Shown: piece after piece, positions 37,601-44,799 of the stretch
How positions within the stretch are numbered: the stretch's first letter is position 1
Layout of the letters: each line of letters begins with the position of its first letter
NCBI GenBank assembly: GCA_013911465.1
Contig: JACETE010000003.1
Span: 1-44,799 of the forward strand
Source of the DNA: Candidatus Poseidoniales archaeon
GTDB lineage: Archaea; Thermoplasmatota; Poseidoniia; Poseidoniales; Poseidoniaceae
DNA length: 44,799 nt
Direction of reading: 5' to 3'
Program-made: the position numbers and the translations under genes
The notes under the pieces: generated by a model
Databases searched by the model: none
Seen by the model: only the letters and a program-made list of their open reading frames with translations
Told to the model about the DNA's origin: nothing

Positions 37601-38810
37601 ATTCTCGGAACCAGGAGAACAAATCATCCAACTTGTCGTAACAGATGAAAGTGGAGAACAAAGCAGTCCAAAGGTCATTGTTGTCGTCGTTGCAAATCCT
37701 TTGCCGATCATCCAATTGCAAATTCTGGATGCTTGGGTGGATGGTGAACTGCTCATGGACAGTGATGTATTCCCCGAGAATGGATTACCTGATCAGTGGT
37801 CGAGAACCTTTGATGAAAACGGTGTCAACGTGGCAATACCTGGTGCTATGTTGTATTTCGATTCAAGCGGCACACGAGATGGTGATCAAAAATTCGAGGG
37901 CAAATATGTACCTCTTGAAGTTGAATCGCCTGATTGGAACGGTTTGTTGGAGTACACATGGGACTTTGGAGATGCGACTCCAATCGTTCACGAACCAATG
38001 CCATGGCATTCGTACGAACGTCCTGGATTGTACACGGTTAAACTCACCGTACGTGACGCCTTCGGAACAGGAGATGTCACTCGTGCGGAATTCAATGTCC
38101 ACGTCGATTCTCCTCCAGAAATCGCAGATATAGACCTGCCAGACGAAATCTTTGAGGACTTTTCCTCAGCAGTCTTCGTGAATGTATCCGATGCGGAATC
38201 ACTCGCAGATCTTGTCTTCTATAGAGATCTCGATGTTCTGGATGGTTCAAATTCTGACCGAGATGAAACCATCAGCAACGATCTTACCGTTGAATGGGAA
38301 CAAGACATTCTCGATGATGCGGACGGGGATGGTATTCTCGACAACGATTGGTTTGTTTCAAGCAACAACATTGTCACACTGGCGACAGTGGTCTGGGATG
38401 ATCCAACAGATGCTATTCTTCGAGTGAAAGTTTGTGATGGAATGGGGCTTTGCGATGTTGCTCAAACCGATGTTACCGTTCTGCCAGAACAAGTTGCAGA
38501 CCCGTCACTTTCCGACTTCAGCTGGGATGAATGGAAATCCTGGATGTCCGATGCAGGAAGTGATGCACTTGGCTTCATTGCACTCATTTTAGCTGCACTC
38601 ATTCTCGGTTGGCTTGTTATGCGCCAACCAAACGACATCGAGGAGGAAGCGAAACAAAATGCGGAAACCTATGATGTTGAACACGCTGATGATGGTGGCT
38701 TGCTCGGAATGGATCACCACAACCCTCCTCCGGCGCCCAAGATTCTCTCTAAACAAGAACGAAGGAACGATGAGAGCGGTTACATCCGTCCACTACGACG
38801 ACGTGAGTGA
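34632..38810 (+). CDS. Large surface-anchored gluzincin metallopeptidase with multiple PKD domains
   Basis: Signal peptide, IIAHELQHLLH...WLDEG.A, PKD motifs (YAWDFDD, WNWGDG, WSFPDG, YTWDFGD...H.Y..PG.Y.V.LTV.D), DxDxDG loops, C-terminal TM helix. Confidence 0.85.
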   Translation: MSERRSTQALFLVFLMLSSVVAHAAANETEHEVEDIEEEIGVVYGDLSQFNVETGSQYLLIDEDQPVVSATSFIKQAWVDEGRPGVNDIRYQPSMARATCSQHVVGDTLTVPISGGSTSVYVAKTTASVAFLVQSGRTLSSTVLQNLASTWDQTIYPTMTTYFGKDYQDGRGLAPPDNDNNCQVEIVIYDIDGAFNIGGYFSPGTAATREVVYVDFADITLAWGKSIIAHELQHLLHNAQDPYENLWLDEGNADVAIYLCFGADGTLAGHLNGWTQQSDLSVRWWNQRNADYGAGFIFTMYLADHLGGGPAVRQLVQDSATGGLGVENLALSPVSGQSGKIGRTMGEIFANFSIAATIDSDQGIYGFSNLDLNPSCGGSTFCRITPADTNSDWSTPWSSTGHTMEGWGIRSFKFTPGSASPAPLTLRVTSDVSNFDGVLVYKSTADGLWSTQDLDFNNNVATGLIQGFGNLTDEVYAIVWYASTVADCDYTSCGPSYPQGTIDIEAARITSPATMMLNGTTLGDRDGDGSADTVQVNYSILSNAFFEDLDVDVLVRDSNGTVVDTISTRVQAGGGVHVPDSVYFTANKNDQYTIAFTMKNMLGAVLDTETTSPQALSNMAPVANASVSTNTSQTYEKIQFTGDGFDAWGLSLDNNTLPYFDQPIAYAWDFDDNMTSGLRSPLRSFSQAGVYNTTLRIMDVGGTWSDVSINQLNITDTSEPIPIITVNNNIVADRIEIFTNQRIIFSAYQTADNVPLEYLDFTWNWGDGSAESSGQGMYTANHEWGDVVGPNQTYTLTLSVSDGINVGQKTIEVIVNNRQPYQIFSDILNTYTYTPLLMPDVFTDDDGENLSLSWAFEDGVNLDGVEVDRTDDFSSTSSAAFYPAPAWNTPGTKNITVTVTDEDGAVSIAELRVNVINQLPVANYIVKESGATGAPQVNFLVDDAQVNVPYTFDGRTSFDIDGTTGTYNDLTFNWSFPDGTFSNKTLPAYSFSEPGEQIIQLVVTDESGEQSSPKVIVVVVANPLPIIQLQILDAWVDGELLMDSDVFPENGLPDQWSRTFDENGVNVAIPGAMLYFDSSGTRDGDQKFEGKYVPLEVESPDWNGLLEYTWDFGDATPIVHEPMPWHSYERPGLYTVKLTVRDAFGTGDVTRAEFNVHVDSPPEIADIDLPDEIFEDFSSAVFVNVSDAESLADLVFYRDLDVLDGSNSDRDETISNDLTVEWEQDILDDADGDGILDNDWFVSSNNIVTLATVVWDDPTDAILRVKVCDGMGLCDVAQTDVTVLPEQVADPSLSDFSWDEWKSWMSDAGSDALGFIALILAALILGWLVMRQPNDIEEEAKQNAETYDVEHADDGGLLGMDHHNPPPAPKILSKQERRNDESGYIRPLRRRE

Positions 38811-38860
38811 ACGAATGTCTCAAGAACCTCGTCGTCAACCTTGGGCTGAGGGGTGAGTCG

Positions 38861-39898
38861 ATGATGCAAAGGCGAGCATTTGTTTTGCTGTCAATTCTTC
38901 TTGTCCCTCTGTTGAGTGGAATCTTCACTCCAAACTCTGGGCTTGCTTCTGCCGCTATCGATGACTGTCAAGGTGATCTGTCTCCAATTGTGTGGAATGA
39001 AACTATTTCTCACCATGCTCTTGTGCCTCATCACAGCAAATGGATGTCATACTATGACGCCTATGATGACGATTGGGGTGATGACGGCCGTGAAGGTGGC
39101 AAAAATTCAGAGTCTTCGACCGAATCAAGTGCAAATTCATATGACCCAGCACTTGCCCCTGAAGAAGAATGGATGTATCAGAACCACCATTCTCCTGAGC
39201 CTGTGGAAACCTTGACGACCAATGTTGCGGCAACGATGTTGGTTGGAAACGACAGCGTGGGTGCTCTTCGACTCAATCTATCTAGTGCACATCGAACAAC
39301 GATATGTGTTGAAATTCAAGGTGTTGTCGGTGATATGACTGTGCCTGCTAAAGCAGATGTCTATCTCATGACGACCTCCCAATACGAGACCTACAGTTGG
39401 TCTTATGATCGAATGCACAGTGAAGATTTTGATTTCTGGTTTGAGCGAGAGAGCTTGAGTGATGATGAATTTGTAACTGAGGTATACCCTGAATGGGCTG
39501 CATTCGATGTGACGGGATGGAAAACCTATCGCGATGTTCATGTCTATGAAAATACAGATTCTGTGGTCATGAGTGTATCATTAGATGGTCCAGAAGTGTA
39601 CTCCTCTCTGTTCTCAGGTGCTACCTATCAGGAATTTTTTGTCGTTATTGACACTTGGGATAATTCCCGGAGAGGTGATGCAGGCGTGCAAAACAACATC
39701 GTTGCAGCAGATGTTGCGATCTCGACAGTAGAACGTTCGATCGTTCTTCCGAATTGGACTGTTTCGATAACATTCTTTGTCTTCTTCATGTCAATCATGT
39801 TGGCACCAGTCATCATCAATCGACGTTACATGAATGCGGGCCTTGAGCCGCAAATGGAACACGAAAAGCAACTGATGCCATCACTAAATCAACAATAA
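38861..39898 (+). CDS. Hypothetical secreted, C-terminally membrane-anchored protein
   Basis: Signal peptide after ATG 38861 (GGGGTGAG SD), acidic ectodomain, C-terminal TM followed by NRRY. Confidence 0.65.
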   Translation: MMQRRAFVLLSILLVPLLSGIFTPNSGLASAAIDDCQGDLSPIVWNETISHHALVPHHSKWMSYYDAYDDDWGDDGREGGKNSESSTESSANSYDPALAPEEEWMYQNHHSPEPVETLTTNVAATMLVGNDSVGALRLNLSSAHRTTICVEIQGVVGDMTVPAKADVYLMTTSQYETYSWSYDRMHSEDFDFWFERESLSDDEFVTEVYPEWAAFDVTGWKTYRDVHVYENTDSVVMSVSLDGPEVYSSLFSGATYQEFFVVIDTWDNSRRGDAGVQNNIVAADVAISTVERSIVLPNWTVSITFFVFFMSIMLAPVIINRRYMNAGLEPQMEHEKQLMPSLNQQ

Positions 39899-39907
39899 AT
39901 ATTGATT

Positions 39908-40705
39908 TCAGTACTCGAGAAGAGTCCAAGCATCTCGCAGGTCTCGAACGTTGATGAGGCCCTTATCGCTGATGCGATGTTCCATTGAGAGCGTTGCGTA
40001 AACCATCGAGACACCGAGAACTGGGGCATGAATGCGAGCCCAATCTCCACCGCTGTTGACCGCCATGAGGCTGTAATCCACGCCCTCGCCCTTGAGTTCA
40101 ATCGCTGCATCTACGATCTGCAGAGCGTCGAGATGGGAATGAGCAGTGGAACAGAATTTCACAAGGTCTGCCTTTTCGCCGTTATCTCGGACAAAGGATG
40201 CGATGTCTTCTGAGTTTGGGGTTCCATTGATGTCGTGACTTGAGTATACGATTTTACATCCATTTTCCTTTGCAGAACCCATCAAACCAACAAGTGCCTT
40301 CTCTTCGATGGAGGATTCCATATCGATCCATGTAACTCCGGAGTCGATAGCGAGTTGAATGATGGCAACTCGTTCTTCTTCAGTTCCGGGGAAAAATCCG
40401 CCTTCACGAGGGGGTCGAACTGTGAAAATGACTGGTACAGCAATTGAGTCCTTTAATTTCTGAATCGTTTCCTTTGCATCAACTGTCGATGCATCCGAAA
40501 TTGGCCATTCCGCTTCTGGCGGCATGACGCTCTTTGGCTCTCCTTCTTCCTGTTCAACCAAAACTGGCTCAGGTTTGGTCAGGTAGAGGCGGTCAAAGCG
40601 AACTTCGACAAGGTCAGCGCCTGCGGTCGATGCACGGGCTGCTTCATCTACCATGTCATCCACGTTCGTTGAGTCTAGCGCTACGCAAATGGTCGGTTCA
40701 GGCAT
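39908..40705 (-). CDS. aroD: Type I 3-dehydroquinate dehydratase
   Basis: ADLVEVRFD, IFTVR...EGG, IDME, S.HD...TP, DLVKF (Schiff-base Lys). Confidence 0.85.
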   Translation of the reverse strand: MPEPTICVALDSTNVDDMVDEAARASTAGADLVEVRFDRLYLTKPEPVLVEQEEGEPKSVMPPEAEWPISDASTVDAKETIQKLKDSIAVPVIFTVRPPREGGFFPGTEEERVAIIQLAIDSGVTWIDMESSIEEKALVGLMGSAKENGCKIVYSSHDINGTPNSEDIASFVRDNGEKADLVKFCSTAHSHLDALQIVDAAIELKGEGVDYSLMAVNSGGDWARIHAPVLGVSMVYATLSMEHRISDKGLINVRDLRDAWTLLEY

Positions 40706-40866
40706 ATCTCAACCGACCTTTGTCTTCTTCTTAACGCTCACGGAAGATACTCATGGTTTTCAGAAGGGTGAAAACTGAATTTTGGGGTGTCATTTTTCAT
40801 CGAAAAAACGTATCACACAAGACTGCTCAAGGGGTACATTTACATACCCTCGTCGACCATGTTTAA

Positions 40867-44799
<3,933 letters not shown>

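Noticed and set aside
40835-40846. TACATT-TACATA as EarA-type boxes
   Set aside because: Only one exact hexamer, upstream of gyrB/aroD rather than archaellum genes; likely chance or part of the promoter.

Overview
Gene-dense archaeal chromosomal segment, most consistent with Marine Group II Euryarchaeota (Ca. Poseidoniales, Thermoplasmatota). This is an inference from archaeal informational genes (aIF2-gamma, rpS6e, Orc1/Cdc6, Dph2, DUF357) and GGAGGTGA-type SD sites, together with DNA gyrase, class II HMG-CoA reductase and several secreted or membrane-anchored peptidases. About 37 CDS: panE, nadB, smc-scpA-scpB, HMG-CoA reductase, the hpt-dph2-cdc6-rps6e-eif2g-PIN cluster, acyl-CoA dehydrogenase, a class II CCA-type nucleotidyltransferase, M61/M28/PKD-gluzincin peptidases, tmk, aroD, gyrB and a partial gyrA missing from the ORF track. 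I saw no rRNA, tRNA, CRISPR array or mobile element. The best candidate for an undescribed system is a symmetric, roughly helically phased array of ATTAACGC-like repeats (11631-11723). It lies directly upstream of a coupled operon encoding a P-loop ATPase with a C-terminal winged helix, a beta-propeller/TPR-like protein and DUF357, and sits between smc-scpAB and cdc6. Other oddities: a membrane-anchored Smr-like protein, a GcvH-like protein lacking the lipoyl lysine, a lid-less SerK/ParB-like protein, a two-EF-hand protein, a Tmk with a wHTH-like extension, and a GTGATAC(G) motif shared by three divergent promoters. All family calls come from motifs recognised by eye; no database searches were run.
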